64,000 nucleotides of DNA from IMG/VR virus record IMGVR_UViG_3300032177_000002, positions 39,084 through 103,083 of that record; one strand, 5' to 3'. A program made the translations under genes and the position numbers. The notes under the pieces were generated by a model. That model did not search any database and was not told the DNA's origin. It worked only from the letters and a program-made list of their open reading frames with translations. Of this stretch, positions 9,923 to 20,352 are shown in pieces (the stretch's first letter is position 1; each line of letters begins with the position of its first letter). Origin of the DNA: a virus.

Positions 9923-11590
9923 CTATGCCTTTTGTCCGAAATCATGGATCAAAACAAACAAATCGTTTGTATTCACGGCAAAACCAACCATTACGATTCG
10001 CTTCCCACTACCTGGGATAGTAGTTGTAAGTCCACCACCATCCTTAAGATAATACTTTGTACCAGCAACCCCAGCAGTAGCCAGTATACCAGCGCACATA
10101 CCAACCGTAACTACTTCAGTGTTACCTCCAGGAGTCCCCTGTGCAGTTCTTGCCAAACCAATAACGTAACTTTTAGCTACTGTCCCAGCGTCTGCGAGGT
10201 CCGCTTTATTATTAGTAGAACTCTGGTACAGCGGATCTCCAAGCGCGCACGTAACACCAGACGCAAGTGCCATCGTATTTTCTACTTTAGGAGCCTCAGA
10301 AGCAGGAGAAGAAGCATGTGTGTGAAGTGCATCTGCATTTGAGCTTGTTCCTGCAGTTAATGTATCAAGATTAGCTGCAGATACGTTACCAGTACCAGCA
10401 TCGTCGTAGTGAGTCGCCGTTCCACTAATCGTAAAATCAGCAGGCACACCAAGCGCCGATAAGCCACCAGATGCCAATTGCAACGTAGCGCCATCCAGAT
10501 CGATCTGCAAACCTGTGGCAGTTTTCTCGATACCACCAGCACCAGCGCCATTGCTTACGACAGCAACTTCAAGAGTTTTATTAGGCGACGTTCCTACCAA
10601 CGCTAAGCTGGGATTAGTAGCGGATAGATCCACATTTGTGTATCCACCAGTGGTGTTAATACCATCACCCTTGTTTAACTGGATATCATTTCCTGATTTT
10701 TTTACACCTGTGCTAGCGGTAATAATCCCAGCAGCAGAGAACTGCACAAACGCCAATGCATTCGTGCCAATTACATCCGTTGGTGAATCCGTAGTGCATA
10801 CCCACCCTGTATCTTTATAAAGAGTACCCTGATCAATAAAGCAAAATGAACCAGTAGCATGCATAGCAGCCGCAAAGTCCGTAGGCCTGGTCCATGCCGT
10901 GTCTAAACCACCAGCAAGACTCGTAGCACCAAATGTATCCGCAGGATTAGTAAGCGCATAAGTTGGCGTAGTACAAATCGTTTTAACACGAATTAGTTTG
11001 TTCCCACCAGTCAAAGCACCAATCAATGTTTCTACAGCAGAAGCAGTAGTTATTCCATCTTTGTATTTTAAAGTAAAAACGCCCGCTGCCTGGGTTAATT
11101 CCGCATCACCTGCCGTGGTTTCAGTTTGAAATGTGTAAGCATTTCCTGCAACGCCACCAGCAATAGACTCAATAACTGTATTCCAAGTTGCTGCGCCAGG
11201 TACAGATAGATCCAAAGATGCACGAGCACCTTTAGCTACCCAAATACCATTTTCTATTCCATCAGTCTGCGCAGTAAGTAATACCCTATCCAAATTTGCC
11301 AGTTCAACCCCCTCAATGTCTGGCAACCCGGCTAGGGTTACATTAGTGGTTATTTTTACTGCCTTACAAACTTCTTTTGGTTTGAGCCCTTGGGCTACGG
11401 CATCTACGTAAGCCTGGTTTACGCCGTCAGTCGTAGCAGTAGGATTTGTTGGAACGTTAGTAATACGGTAAGTCTGCATATTGATTCCGCTAGATCCTAC
11501 AGTCACTCCAGCGAAAGTTGCAGTATCCGTGGTGGCCATTTCTTGCGAAAAGCCTGCATCCGACATAAAAAGTGGTTTACGCTCTGCCAT
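9923..11590 (-). CDS. Fibre/decoration protein with C-terminal capsid-cement-like domain
   Basis: D.VNQAYVD, DRVLLTAQT..ENGIW, F.QFS motifs; C-terminal cement-like domain. Confidence 0.65.
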   Translation of the reverse strand: MAERKPLFMSDAGFSQEMATTDTATFAGVTVGSSGINMQTYRITNVPTNPTATTDGVNQAYVDAVAQGLKPKEVCKAVKITTNVTLAGLPDIEGVELANLDRVLLTAQTDGIENGIWVAKGARASLDLSVPGAATWNTVIESIAGGVAGNAYTFQTETTAGDAELTQAAGVFTLKYKDGITTASAVETLIGALTGGNKLIRVKTICTTPTYALTNPADTFGATSLAGGLDTAWTRPTDFAAAMHATGSFCFIDQGTLYKDTGWVCTTDSPTDVIGTNALAFVQFSAAGIITASTGVKKSGNDIQLNKGDGINTTGGYTNVDLSATNPSLALVGTSPNKTLEVAVVSNGAGAGGIEKTATGLQIDLDGATLQLASGGLSALGVPADFTISGTATHYDDAGTGNVSAANLDTLTAGTSSNADALHTHASSPASEAPKVENTMALASGVTCALGDPLYQSSTNNKADLADAGTVAKSYVIGLARTAQGTPGGNTEVVTVGMCAGILATAGVAGTKYYLKDGGGLTTTIPGSGKRIVMVGFAVNTNDLFVLIHDFGQKA

Positions 11591-11635
11591 GATTTACCCT
11601 TATACTTCCTTTAGTTACGACACTTTAACCAGTGT

Positions 11636-12163
11636 CTATGCCCTTAAATCCCGAAGCACACCCGTGTCGGGGTCATAAGTAAACTTCCCTATATCTAAAT
11701 TATATTTGTTTGCGATAGCGCTAACTTCCGCCTTATACTCTGCATGTTTGTTATTAAATAACGCAATCGTTCCTTTCTTTTCTTCTGCCTTACGATCCTT
11801 GAAGTTCTTTAATGTTTCTTCAAGCCCCCTAATCTGATCCCTTATTTGCATCTCAGATATAGTAACAGATTGATCAATGCCACAAATAATCTGCTGCAAT
11901 TTTTGAACTTCCGCATCCAATTTTCCTAATCGCAACGACTCTATGTTTGTCATGCATAATAGTCCGCCTACAGTATTACTAATCGATGTCTGGCTAGGTA
12001 CGTCTGCTATAGGTACTACATTCTTCTTTTTTGTATACGCCCTTTTTGGCTTAGGAACATCGAGTGAAGTATCTATACTTTCATTTCCTGTATTCATTAC
12101 TTTTTTTCTTGCCATTTTTTCTATTCCTTTTGTTACACGGCTATTATTCGTGTAGGCGTACAT
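11636..12163 (-). CDS. Coiled-coil hypothetical protein
   Basis: Helical charged ORF; likely true start at MARKK. Confidence 0.55.
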   Translation of the reverse strand: MYAYTNNSRVTKGIEKMARKKVMNTGNESIDTSLDVPKPKRAYTKKKNVVPIADVPSQTSISNTVGGLLCMTNIESLRLGKLDAEVQKLQQIICGIDQSVTISEMQIRDQIRGLEETLKNFKDRKAEEKKGTIALFNNKHAEYKAEVSAIANKYNLDIGKFTYDPDTGVLRDLRA

Positions 12164-12714
12164 GATCTTACTAAAATTGTGTCTGATGCCATTGCGCTAG
12201 CAATAAATTGTATCATTTTCGTGCCTGATATAGGTCTGATTGGTGGCACATTATACAAATAACTATCATCTCCTATAAATAATGGTATACCATAATCTAA
12301 TCCACTGTAAACACCTGTAAGCAAACCACTAAGTACTACTACGCACGTAGATGCAGATGCCTTCGATGCAATAATACCTACTGCTACTGATTCTGTATGG
12401 TTCAAACTTGCTATATTCACTTTAGTTACTTGAAACAGCCCACCTACTTTATTTCCTAGAATTCTGACAGCATGCCCAGGCAAATCAGAGTTAAAGCAGT
12501 AAGCTTTAACTGCACTAGATCCTTGACCAGGCATCCCTGATCCTACTGGTATCGTTCTCATCCTGGCCTCACTTACTATATTATGCGGTAATTTTACGCC
12601 TGGTATATCCCACTCGTATGTAGCAAACAAAAACCTAGCAAAAGTTACCAATGCTATTATAGCTACTAGTACCATGCATTTTTTGCTGCCTATGTGTTTT
12701 ATTACTCCTTGCAC
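12133..12714 (-). CDS. Capsid-cement-like domain protein
   Basis: Resembles C-terminal domain of 9923-11590; start uncertain. Confidence 0.5.
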   Translation of the reverse strand: MQGVIKHIGSKKCMVLVAIIALVTFARFLFATYEWDIPGVKLPHNIVSEARMRTIPVGSGMPGQGSSAVKAYCFNSDLPGHAVRILGNKVGGLFQVTKVNIASLNHTESVAVGIIASKASASTCVVVLSGLLTGVYSGLDYGIPLFIGDDSYLYNVPPIRPISGTKMIQFIASAMASDTILVRSCTPTRIIAV

Positions 12715-12723
12715 AATGTTTCC

Positions 12724-14772
12724 TTATCCGACAGTGAATATACCTTTTCCGCCAGATACCACACCTATTCCTGGCAACGTTATAACAGCCACGGCATAAT
12801 ATGAAGTATCCATACTTAATGTTATATTACCACTCACCTTAAAAAACCCCTGCGCATCTGGTTCAGAGTCAGTCAAAGATAACAATTCTACCCCATCTAC
12901 AGAATACCATGTCACTGTAACATGCGTCGGGTTATCAATAATCAACCCGGCATGCTCTACCCATACTAGCCCTTTTAATGCGCTGTCATCGTTTCGGTAA
13001 CTATAACTTTGCAGCACCGTGTAATAATTGCTTATTGTTTCTTCAGCATTTGCTAAACGATTACCTGCACTGCCAACCGGGTAAGAACCTGGCAAATCCT
13101 TACCCCATACCGCACTAGCAACATCAGATGCGCTAGAACCTACCCAACTACCACTTCCATGAGTAGCTGACAACCCTTCATCTATCTTTGTAACCGCACT
13201 ACCCGCAACAGTTACCGAGTTAATCGAGTCATCAATTAACCCCATGGCATCCCCCGGAGCCGCCCTAGTTGCTACTTGCGTTCCTGTAGACACATCATAA
13301 TCTGTGAGACCCGTGCTAACTTGTACTAAAACCTCTGCCGGCGTCGCATGAGACTGGACTTCCTCCCCGAAGCTTCCTGCGCCTATATGCGTGGTTTTTA
13401 CCTCGTCCCACACAGCAGACGCAATAGCAGAAGAACTCAATCCTTCCCAGCTTCCAGCACCGTGAATACCAGACAATCCCGTGTTTATTTCTATAACAGC
13501 GTTATCTGCTAACGATGTTGAATTAACTGCGTCCTCTACCAAATCCATGGCGTCTCCCGGAACAGCTCTAGTCGCCACTTGAGCACTGGTAGATACCCCA
13601 TACGTTGTCAGCCCTGAACTTACCTGCGTTAAAACTTCTGCTGGCGTAGCGTGCCCCTGCACTTCTTCTCCAAAACTACCAGATGCAACATGCGATGTTT
13701 TAGTTTCATCCCATACGGCATCCGCAATAATTTCTGCACTAATACCTTCCCAACTACCACTCCCATGATCTGAAGACAAACTAGCTCCGATCTCATCTAC
13801 AGCACTAACTGCTAAAGAACCCGCATTAACAGCATCCGTAACCAAACTCATTGCATCCCCAGGTGCAGCTCGGGTAGCCACCTGGGTACTAGTAGCAGCC
13901 CCATACGTCGCTAAGCCTGATCCCACCTGCGCTAGTACTTCTGACGGTGTGGCGTGAGATTGCACCTCTTCACCGAAACTTCCAGATAATGCATGAGATG
14001 CTTTGTCTTCGTTCCAAACTGCGTCTGCAGTCGCATCAGAATCAAGCCCAACCCAGCTCCCAACCCCATGCGTAACAGCTAAAGCTGAGTCTATAGCTGC
14101 CCTTTCATTTGTAGTCAGTGCCATAGAGTCTCCTGGGACAGCTCTAGACGCAACAGAAGCATCGATCCTTGCACCCTGGAATGGAGTCGCATCACTAAGG
14201 ATCTGCGCCTGAGTAGCTCTGCTACTAACCGTAGCATCCAGGTTGGCTAACAGTGGCGCTTCGCTTGCTCCTATGGATCCTGCTGCTATCTGTGATGCGC
14301 CAATCACATCCGTATCCATAATCTCAACATGTGCTCGTATTCTTCCAGAATTAAGTGTTGCGGGTAATCTCGACTGAAGATCACTAGTTCCATTGTCTAT
14401 GCTAGCAATGTCAGCGGATATAGATGCACCTACAGGACTACCTATTCTGTTATATGTATCCGCTTCTAAGTTGGCTCTAACTTCCAACAGCCCAAAATAA
14501 GGATCACACCAAAATGAGTTAACCGTGTACTTTATATATCCAAGTGTATCTGTATCTGATGCTGATAGTAATACATCATAAACACCAGGCATCCACACAG
14601 CATCTACTTCAAACCAGTCACTTACGCTTAAAGTTTTAACTACAGAAGTACCAGCTTGCTTTTGAATAGAAACAGTCACATCAGAATTAGAAAGGCCTGT
14701 CTTCCCTCTGCCATCCGCAGAAAAAACAAGTCTTACAGGCGCACGAAACGCCACTGATTGCTTTAATTCCAT
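12724..14772 (-). CDS. Repeat-containing structural protein (~100-aa repeats)
   Basis: Units AVW.E.K..H...GSFGEEVQ.HATP.EVL.QV..GL..Y....QVATRA.PGDAM.L...HG.GSW.G, three full and partial extra copies. Confidence 0.8.
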   Translation of the reverse strand: MELKQSVAFRAPVRLVFSADGRGKTGLSNSDVTVSIQKQAGTSVVKTLSVSDWFEVDAVWMPGVYDVLLSASDTDTLGYIKYTVNSFWCDPYFGLLEVRANLEADTYNRIGSPVGASISADIASIDNGTSDLQSRLPATLNSGRIRAHVEIMDTDVIGASQIAAGSIGASEAPLLANLDATVSSRATQAQILSDATPFQGARIDASVASRAVPGDSMALTTNERAAIDSALAVTHGVGSWVGLDSDATADAVWNEDKASHALSGSFGEEVQSHATPSEVLAQVGSGLATYGAATSTQVATRAAPGDAMSLVTDAVNAGSLAVSAVDEIGASLSSDHGSGSWEGISAEIIADAVWDETKTSHVASGSFGEEVQGHATPAEVLTQVSSGLTTYGVSTSAQVATRAVPGDAMDLVEDAVNSTSLADNAVIEINTGLSGIHGAGSWEGLSSSAIASAVWDEVKTTHIGAGSFGEEVQSHATPAEVLVQVSTGLTDYDVSTGTQVATRAAPGDAMGLIDDSINSVTVAGSAVTKIDEGLSATHGSGSWVGSSASDVASAVWGKDLPGSYPVGSAGNRLANAEETISNYYTVLQSYSYRNDDSALKGLVWVEHAGLIIDNPTHVTVTWYSVDGVELLSLTDSEPDAQGFFKVSGNITLSMDTSYYAVAVITLPGIGVVSGGKGIFTVG

Positions 14773-15011
14773 GTTGTATTAAACTTATTACTAGGTCTCC
14801 ATTCAGAAAATTCTTTCACAACTTTAAATCTCATTTGATGCAGTATCTCAATAATGACTAAAAGTTCTAATGTAACAGGTACATGCACGGAACCAACCAA
14901 CGGAAGCGTTATATCATCTACAGATGGAGACCTCAATCTAGGTGAGTCTACTGTTGTCACTTCTAATACAAATAAACTCGGCATAATTCTGTGCCTCTAA
15001 CCAAACTACAG

Positions 15012-15167
15012 TTATTCTGGAACCTCATCAGTACCTGTGTCGTATACATAACCCCTATATATGTCATAACACGTTTGACACAAGTATTCCCCGGATCCGC
15101 TAGGGTAATCATAATACCCCATTGTTACATCTGGTATATCATTGCCACATACACTACACTTCATCAT
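15012..15167 (-). CDS. Small zinc-finger protein (51 aa)
   Basis: Manual translation MMKCSVCG...YLCQTCY; coupled to upstream stop; below ORF track cutoff. Confidence 0.55.
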   Translation of the reverse strand: MMKCSVCGNDIPDVTMGYYDYPSGSGEYLCQTCYDIYRGYVYDTGTDEVPE

Positions 15168-16087
15168 TATGTTCTCCGTACCCAGTAAGTAATTATTTTA
15201 TCTATCCCTTTTGATGAAGGAGCAATAGTCGAATTAAAATTAGAAGTCTTATCACATAACAGCATCAAATGAGCGGGTGTTAAAGTCGGGTACATACACC
15301 TATAATAATAATCAACACCACCAATAGTAAGCATACATTCATCATTGCTAACCTCTATACCCTGCTGTCTACTACAAAGCACATAAGGAATACCTAAAGG
15401 ATCCTCAAACGATCCTAGTATTGCTGCAGGATTAGTGACATCTGTACCAGTAATACCACCTCTAAAAAAATATAACTTCGACAATCTAGCCTTGCTATCG
15501 AATCCCCATACCCCCAATCCACCAGACTGCAACCCAATAAAGTATGCCAACGCATCCGTAGCGTAAATAAGCCTTGCATTAACCATACGTACAACACCTG
15601 CAGGCATCAGGTCCAACCCCACCAACCTATTAACGCCATCACATCCCTTAGTCACACAAAAGAATATCGGGAACGTTGAACATCCAGAAATTGCTGAGTC
15701 CGGTTTTACATTTCCAAAAATACAATGGCTATCAACCCATCCATCAAATGTAAAATCCCTAGCTGTGCAGTCTTCTGATCTGTTATCCCAATAAACTGGA
15801 TTACCCTGTCCAGTCCAACCCAATCCCATACCAGTATGTGTAACAAGATCATAAGATGCCCTAACTGCCGGTTCAATTATAGTATACAAGTACCCTGTAG
15901 CACTTATATCACTATAAATCCTAATTGCGCCAAGTTGCGCAATTCTGGCCATACATACATTTACAGAGTCTGCAGGCTTAATCCAATTGTATCCAGTTTC
16001 GCATCTAGTCCATCCATTCGTGATTGCTGTTGACGCTAATGTCGCGCTAAACGCGGATCCAGCACAAGTAAATGTCACGAACGCCAT
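15167..16087 (-). CDS. Putative virion protein (beta-rich)
   Basis: 306-aa ORF with SD in structural operon. Confidence 0.55.
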   Translation of the reverse strand: MAFVTFTCAGSAFSATLASTAITNGWTRCETGYNWIKPADSVNVCMARIAQLGAIRIYSDISATGYLYTIIEPAVRASYDLVTHTGMGLGWTGQGNPVYWDNRSEDCTARDFTFDGWVDSHCIFGNVKPDSAISGCSTFPIFFCVTKGCDGVNRLVGLDLMPAGVVRMVNARLIYATDALAYFIGLQSGGLGVWGFDSKARLSKLYFFRGGITGTDVTNPAAILGSFEDPLGIPYVLCSRQQGIEVSNDECMLTIGGVDYYYRCMYPTLTPAHLMLLCDKTSNFNSTIAPSSKGIDKIITYWVRRT

Positions 16088-16130
16088 TAGTATCTCCTAA
16101 ATTCTGCTAATCCAGTTTGAGTATCACTAG

Positions 16131-16484
16131 TCATCTACTATAACCTTCTTTCAGTCTAGGCATGTATCTGCATTCACCTGTTCGTATTAAATCAGATCTA
16201 ACAACTGATCCAGAAAAAGTAGACGACACAATAATCCTGGTGTCGTCTACTTGAACAAATATTCGTTCACCTACTGCGCAATTACCATTACTTATTAACT
16301 CTGCCCCAAATGAAGAGTTTCTGAACCCTTTTGGTAACGATAACGAATGCTGAACGCCAGTACGTAGGATCGCCAATGCTGTTACACTCTTAGATACTAT
16401 CAACTGCTGGAGGGATAACGAGTCTGACGGATTTTGCAGATCAAAAGACTTGGTAATTCCGATTTTGGTGTTTGCTACTACCAT
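16131..16484 (-). CDS. Hypothetical protein
   Basis: 117-aa ORF, operon packing. Confidence 0.5.
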   Translation of the reverse strand: MVVANTKIGITKSFDLQNPSDSLSLQQLIVSKSVTALAILRTGVQHSLSLPKGFRNSSFGAELISNGNCAVGERIFVQVDDTRIIVSSTFSGSVVRSDLIRTGECRYMPRLKEGYSR

Positions 16485-16493
16485 GGCACATGG

Positions 16494-16718
16494 TTAACTG
16501 ATTTTTTCCCCCGAATTCTCCACTTGAACTACTACTTTTTTCTTCTGTTCTACCACATGAACAGAAAACCCAGCAGTAGACTTACATCGGTTAATTAGCC
16601 CTGCATCTGTAGAAACTAAAGTAATCCCTTCTCTAAACTTTACACCAGATAAGGTATACGATTTTCCACCATTATACGTAATTTCCGCCTTTACCATTTT
16701 ATACTCCTGTTTGTTCAC
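16494..16718 (-). CDS. Small protein after major capsid
   Basis: ORF immediately downstream of MCP. Confidence 0.5.
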   Translation of the reverse strand: MNKQEYKMVKAEITYNGGKSYTLSGVKFREGITLVSTDAGLINRCKSTAGFSVHVVEQKKKVVVQVENSGEKIS

Positions 16719-16743
16719 CTAAATTTGCTTATGCTGCTGAATA

Positions 16744-17949
16744 TTATGACGGAACCGCAATATTCTTTACCAAAACAGTAGCATCCGTTTCTTCAATAGC
16801 TGCCCATATTTTAATCGTAACTGCAAACTCCCACACGCCACGAAAAATATTACGATCTTTCTCAATGCGTATATCCCGCCCGATACAGATAATAAGATTT
16901 TGCGGATTCGTTAATAGAATCTGTCCGCCAGTCTTATAGGTAGCCTTAACAGTTGCTCCTGAACCTATAGCGCCACCACCAAGGCGTATCCATGTTCCTG
17001 CGGTAGCATTTACCGAATAATCTACGCCAGAAATGTACGCAGCAGTAGGAACCTTGCCCAAAGTTGTTGGCGTAAGTACCAAATCGGTAATAGGACCGAA
17101 ACTTAAAGCAGTTGCTGTAGTTCCATCTGTATTAGCCACGGAGTTTTCGCAGTGTTGAGGTGCCGAATCCAAAAGGCTCATCGGCACCAACTCAACACCA
17201 AATGCTGGAACATTACCAACCGAAGCAAGCATGTCATCCCCAGATGCTGTAGCCCGAGTGCTTACCTTTTCCCTATAAACTTGCTCATGATCTGGACTCA
17301 AAAAGAACTTCATACTAGCTTTGTTTTTTCGAAATTTGTTAGGCATCGCGTTAAGAGAACGGCTCAAGAGTGACGGAGCCATAGCCTCACCCGCCGCGTC
17401 AACGACATGCCCACTCTCAGCATTCTTTAGGAACCCATTGAACAACGCCAGCAAGCTGTCCTTAACGTACAAACTACCAGATCCGCCCTCGTACAAATCG
17501 CTTTCCAAAGCTGCAGGACCCAACGTATTTCCGTTCCAATACATCTCTTCCATATTATTGGCAGCCCGCGTAGCCATCATCTTGATAACATGCTGCTCAA
17601 TAGAATCCCCTTCGATATTCTCTTCTTTAGTTATGTCAGAAATCTCGAAAGGTACCATAATTTCACGGTGCTCTAGTGTAAGCCTGCTGGCAGTAACACC
17701 ACGCCGAACACCGGGATCTACTGCTTCCTCTTTTGGTACAGCAACACGATTAGCTACATTGATTTTATCAATGTACTTCTGCAATGGCTTAAACTTAATA
17801 ATTCGTGCCATACCCTTAATACCAGTTTCATCAATCACGTAATCGATAAACTGATCTGCCTGTTCCGCATTAAGCATTCCAGCCGCGGCAAGGGCATCGG
17901 TGGTGATCGTTGTTTTTTCGATCAACTCCTTATTTGTCATGCCTCTCAT
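16744..17949 (-). CDS. Major capsid protein (HK97 fold) with beta-rich insertion
   Basis: G.LNAEQADQFI, EENIEG, MPNKF, LTNPQNLI..I.RDIRIE motifs; follows scaffold. Confidence 0.92.
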   Translation of the reverse strand: MRGMTNKELIEKTTITTDALAAAGMLNAEQADQFIDYVIDETGIKGMARIIKFKPLQKYIDKINVANRVAVPKEEAVDPGVRRGVTASRLTLEHREIMVPFEISDITKEENIEGDSIEQHVIKMMATRAANNMEEMYWNGNTLGPAALESDLYEGGSGSLYVKDSLLALFNGFLKNAESGHVVDAAGEAMAPSLLSRSLNAMPNKFRKNKASMKFFLSPDHEQVYREKVSTRATASGDDMLASVGNVPAFGVELVPMSLLDSAPQHCENSVANTDGTTATALSFGPITDLVLTPTTLGKVPTAAYISGVDYSVNATAGTWIRLGGGAIGSGATVKATYKTGGQILLTNPQNLIICIGRDIRIEKDRNIFRGVWEFAVTIKIWAAIEETDATVLVKNIAVPS

Positions 17950-17995
17950 ATCTAATCATCCTTTTCTTTTCGGCGAGGCGGTTGACCGCCCTTAC

Positions 17996-19153
17996 CTATT
18001 GGTTAAAAATATTAGCCCACATGCTAACTTGTTTCTCTACAAGTGCCGGCTGATCTGCATCGGCACCGGCAGGTCTAGTCCCCTCTAAACTATCAAGGCG
18101 CTTATTGACATTAGCTATAGTTTCAGCTAACTCTGCCAGTGCCATTGCCAGTTCTTTCTGTGTATCACCCTCGTCTACTTTAGTACCCTGCTCCTGCGGC
18201 AATAATGGCAAGTCAGCATTGCATTGTTTCTCAACATTTTGTTCCTTATCCTCAATGTTTTTCATTCCAAGTTCCTGTAGTATTTCTTGAAGCATGTCTA
18301 CTGCTTTTTTAAATGATGACAATCGTGCCACCTTCATTTTTCGGCCAACCTTAACCAGCGCCTCTGACCCATTTGTAACACTACTAGCTTTAGCAGTGGC
18401 ATCAGGATCAGCGCATGTATCTTCACGTTTAGCACTTGCTTCTGTACCTTGACTCTCCGCATCATCACTAGCGAATTGACCTATAACTGAATCTAATACA
18501 TCCACCGCGTTTTGAATTTTCGTGGTTACCTGTGGCGGGATCACATTACTAGCTTGATCTAATTTCTTTAACTCATTAGTTGCTTCTGCCAATGATGCAA
18601 CTGCTGCCGTAATACCATCAGCTACATCACTAATTGCCTTTACAGTCGTAGTTTTACTATCTTTAGTACGTTCAAATAACTCAGATAAACTCTTTGAAAT
18701 ACCAGCTATTTCTTCACAAACGCATTTTGGTAAATCACTTGCACCAAATTTTGATTCCTTAGAATCTAATACAATTCGCATCAGCTTGTGCAATGCATTC
18801 TTGGTAACCTCTATAACCTTTTCAACTTTTACTATTGCGACAGGCTCTGTAGTCTCTTCCTCAACCTCTATATCTACGTCTTCCTCCTCCGCCGCAGATA
18901 CAACCGTATCTACTAAGTTACCTGCGTCTTTTTCAACGCCAAAATTTTCCGCGTCTTCACGCGGTATAGCTACTCTTGGCATAGTACTCTCCATCCGTTC
19001 CACTTGTAGCGTTCCGTCATCTCTCTTGATAATAAGGAAGCCACGCTTGTTAGCTGGTCGATCAACAACAGATACCTCGCGCACATCCAACTCGGTAAGA
19101 CGTGCTACTACAGTATCCGTATTATTTTCTTTGTTTTTTTCTTGCATATCCAC
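17996..19153 (-). CDS. Scaffold protein with N-terminal prohead protease fragment
   Basis: LTELDVREVSVVDRPAN motif then acidic coiled coil; directly upstream of MCP. Confidence 0.75.
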   Translation of the reverse strand: MDMQEKNKENNTDTVVARLTELDVREVSVVDRPANKRGFLIIKRDDGTLQVERMESTMPRVAIPREDAENFGVEKDAGNLVDTVVSAAEEEDVDIEVEEETTEPVAIVKVEKVIEVTKNALHKLMRIVLDSKESKFGASDLPKCVCEEIAGISKSLSELFERTKDSKTTTVKAISDVADGITAAVASLAEATNELKKLDQASNVIPPQVTTKIQNAVDVLDSVIGQFASDDAESQGTEASAKREDTCADPDATAKASSVTNGSEALVKVGRKMKVARLSSFKKAVDMLQEILQELGMKNIEDKEQNVEKQCNADLPLLPQEQGTKVDEGDTQKELAMALAELAETIANVNKRLDSLEGTRPAGADADQPALVEKQVSMWANIFNQ

Positions 19154-19168
19154 TTACCTGGTATTGTC

Positions 19169-20089
19169 TCAAACTCTGCCCCGCCTTGCAAATCCGCCAA
19201 TAGAAAAACCCGTAAATTCTCCACGCTTTATCTCCTCCCATAACTCACCATCCTTAACGTGATACATCAAAAGCCAACTCCCTTTTTTTACTTCCTGCCC
19301 ATTAACAACAAAATCCGTAGGTGCCAGATAGCTTTCGTATATATCAAGTTTATCGTTTGCTATGCTCTGATGCATTATACCTCGGTCTTGTAGCTCTGCT
19401 AGCCATGCATGAGCCGCATTGGATATCTCGTCCTCAGATACCACATCTCCCTGACTGTCAACCGTTTCTGGCTCCAAAACAATACCAAACACTACCCTTT
19501 TATCTTCTGCCTTATCTATAGGTAATAACCGTACTTGCTTTTCAACATCACGTTTACCCGTATTTTCTTCTTTTAGCTTACCAACTACCCCCTTTACCCC
19601 GTCAGTTATGCTTATTGTTCTAAAACTTTCTTCCACAAACTCCCCAGGGTCCCTCTGCCTAAATCTCCATGAATTTTCTGTATCATCAGGTGCCCCAGGT
19701 TTAATTTTAAAGTTGTGATTTTTAATCCATAATACAGCATCACCTTTCGTTGCAAACTTTACTTTATCTAAAATCAAAGTTTGCATAACCATTTGCTTCC
19801 TTACTTCTGAAAGTCCTAACAGCGATATTTCAGTATCGCTCAACCCTATAGCAAATGCCTTGCAGCAAGTGTCAAAATCCAAGTCCTCACTCACGTTAAT
19901 GCTATGTTCCATACCTCTATTAGACATTTCCTGCAAAACAAGCAAATGATCTCCTACGGTACACTCCTTTTCAATATTCTGTGTATCAGTATAATCTAAG
20001 TGCATGCTTGCATGTATGCCAAGCAATATCGCACTAGGCATTCTATCTATGCTTATTTTGGATAACCCTTTAGTAAAATCAATGCCCAT
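19169..20089 (-). CDS. XkdF-like prohead serine protease domain protein
   Basis: KRVVFGIVLEP..VDSQGD..MH..ESY..GSW..GEFTGFSIGG. Confidence 0.85.
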   Translation of the reverse strand: MGIDFTKGLSKISIDRMPSAILLGIHASMHLDYTDTQNIEKECTVGDHLLVLQEMSNRGMEHSINVSEDLDFDTCCKAFAIGLSDTEISLLGLSEVRKQMVMQTLILDKVKFATKGDAVLWIKNHNFKIKPGAPDDTENSWRFRQRDPGEFVEESFRTISITDGVKGVVGKLKEENTGKRDVEKQVRLLPIDKAEDKRVVFGIVLEPETVDSQGDVVSEDEISNAAHAWLAELQDRGIMHQSIANDKLDIYESYLAPTDFVVNGQEVKKGSWLLMYHVKDGELWEEIKRGEFTGFSIGGFARRGRV

Positions 20090-20091
20090 AA

Positions 20092-20349
20092 CTATATGGC
20101 TCCCGTAATTTCTATACTATACCCATCCATACAAATTTTGTGAATAAATGCTGTAAAAAATACTGCATGGCTAGGTCTGTATAATACCAAATCATCTTCG
20201 TGCCGATCACACTCGCAGTCCCACTTTTTATTTAATGTTACACCATCAATCACATAATGCCGTAATTTTACATCGTCAGTTGTTATAGACACATTACCAG
20301 CATCGTATTCGGCAACTACTTTTCCGCACTTATAAATGTTCATGATCAT
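20092..20349 (-). CDS. Hypothetical protein
   Basis: 85-aa ORF in head operon. Confidence 0.5.
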   Translation of the reverse strand: MIMNIYKCGKVVAEYDAGNVSITTDDVKLRHYVIDGVTLNKKWDCECDRHEDDLVLYRPSHAVFFTAFIHKICMDGYSIEITGAI

Positions 20350-20352
20350 GTA

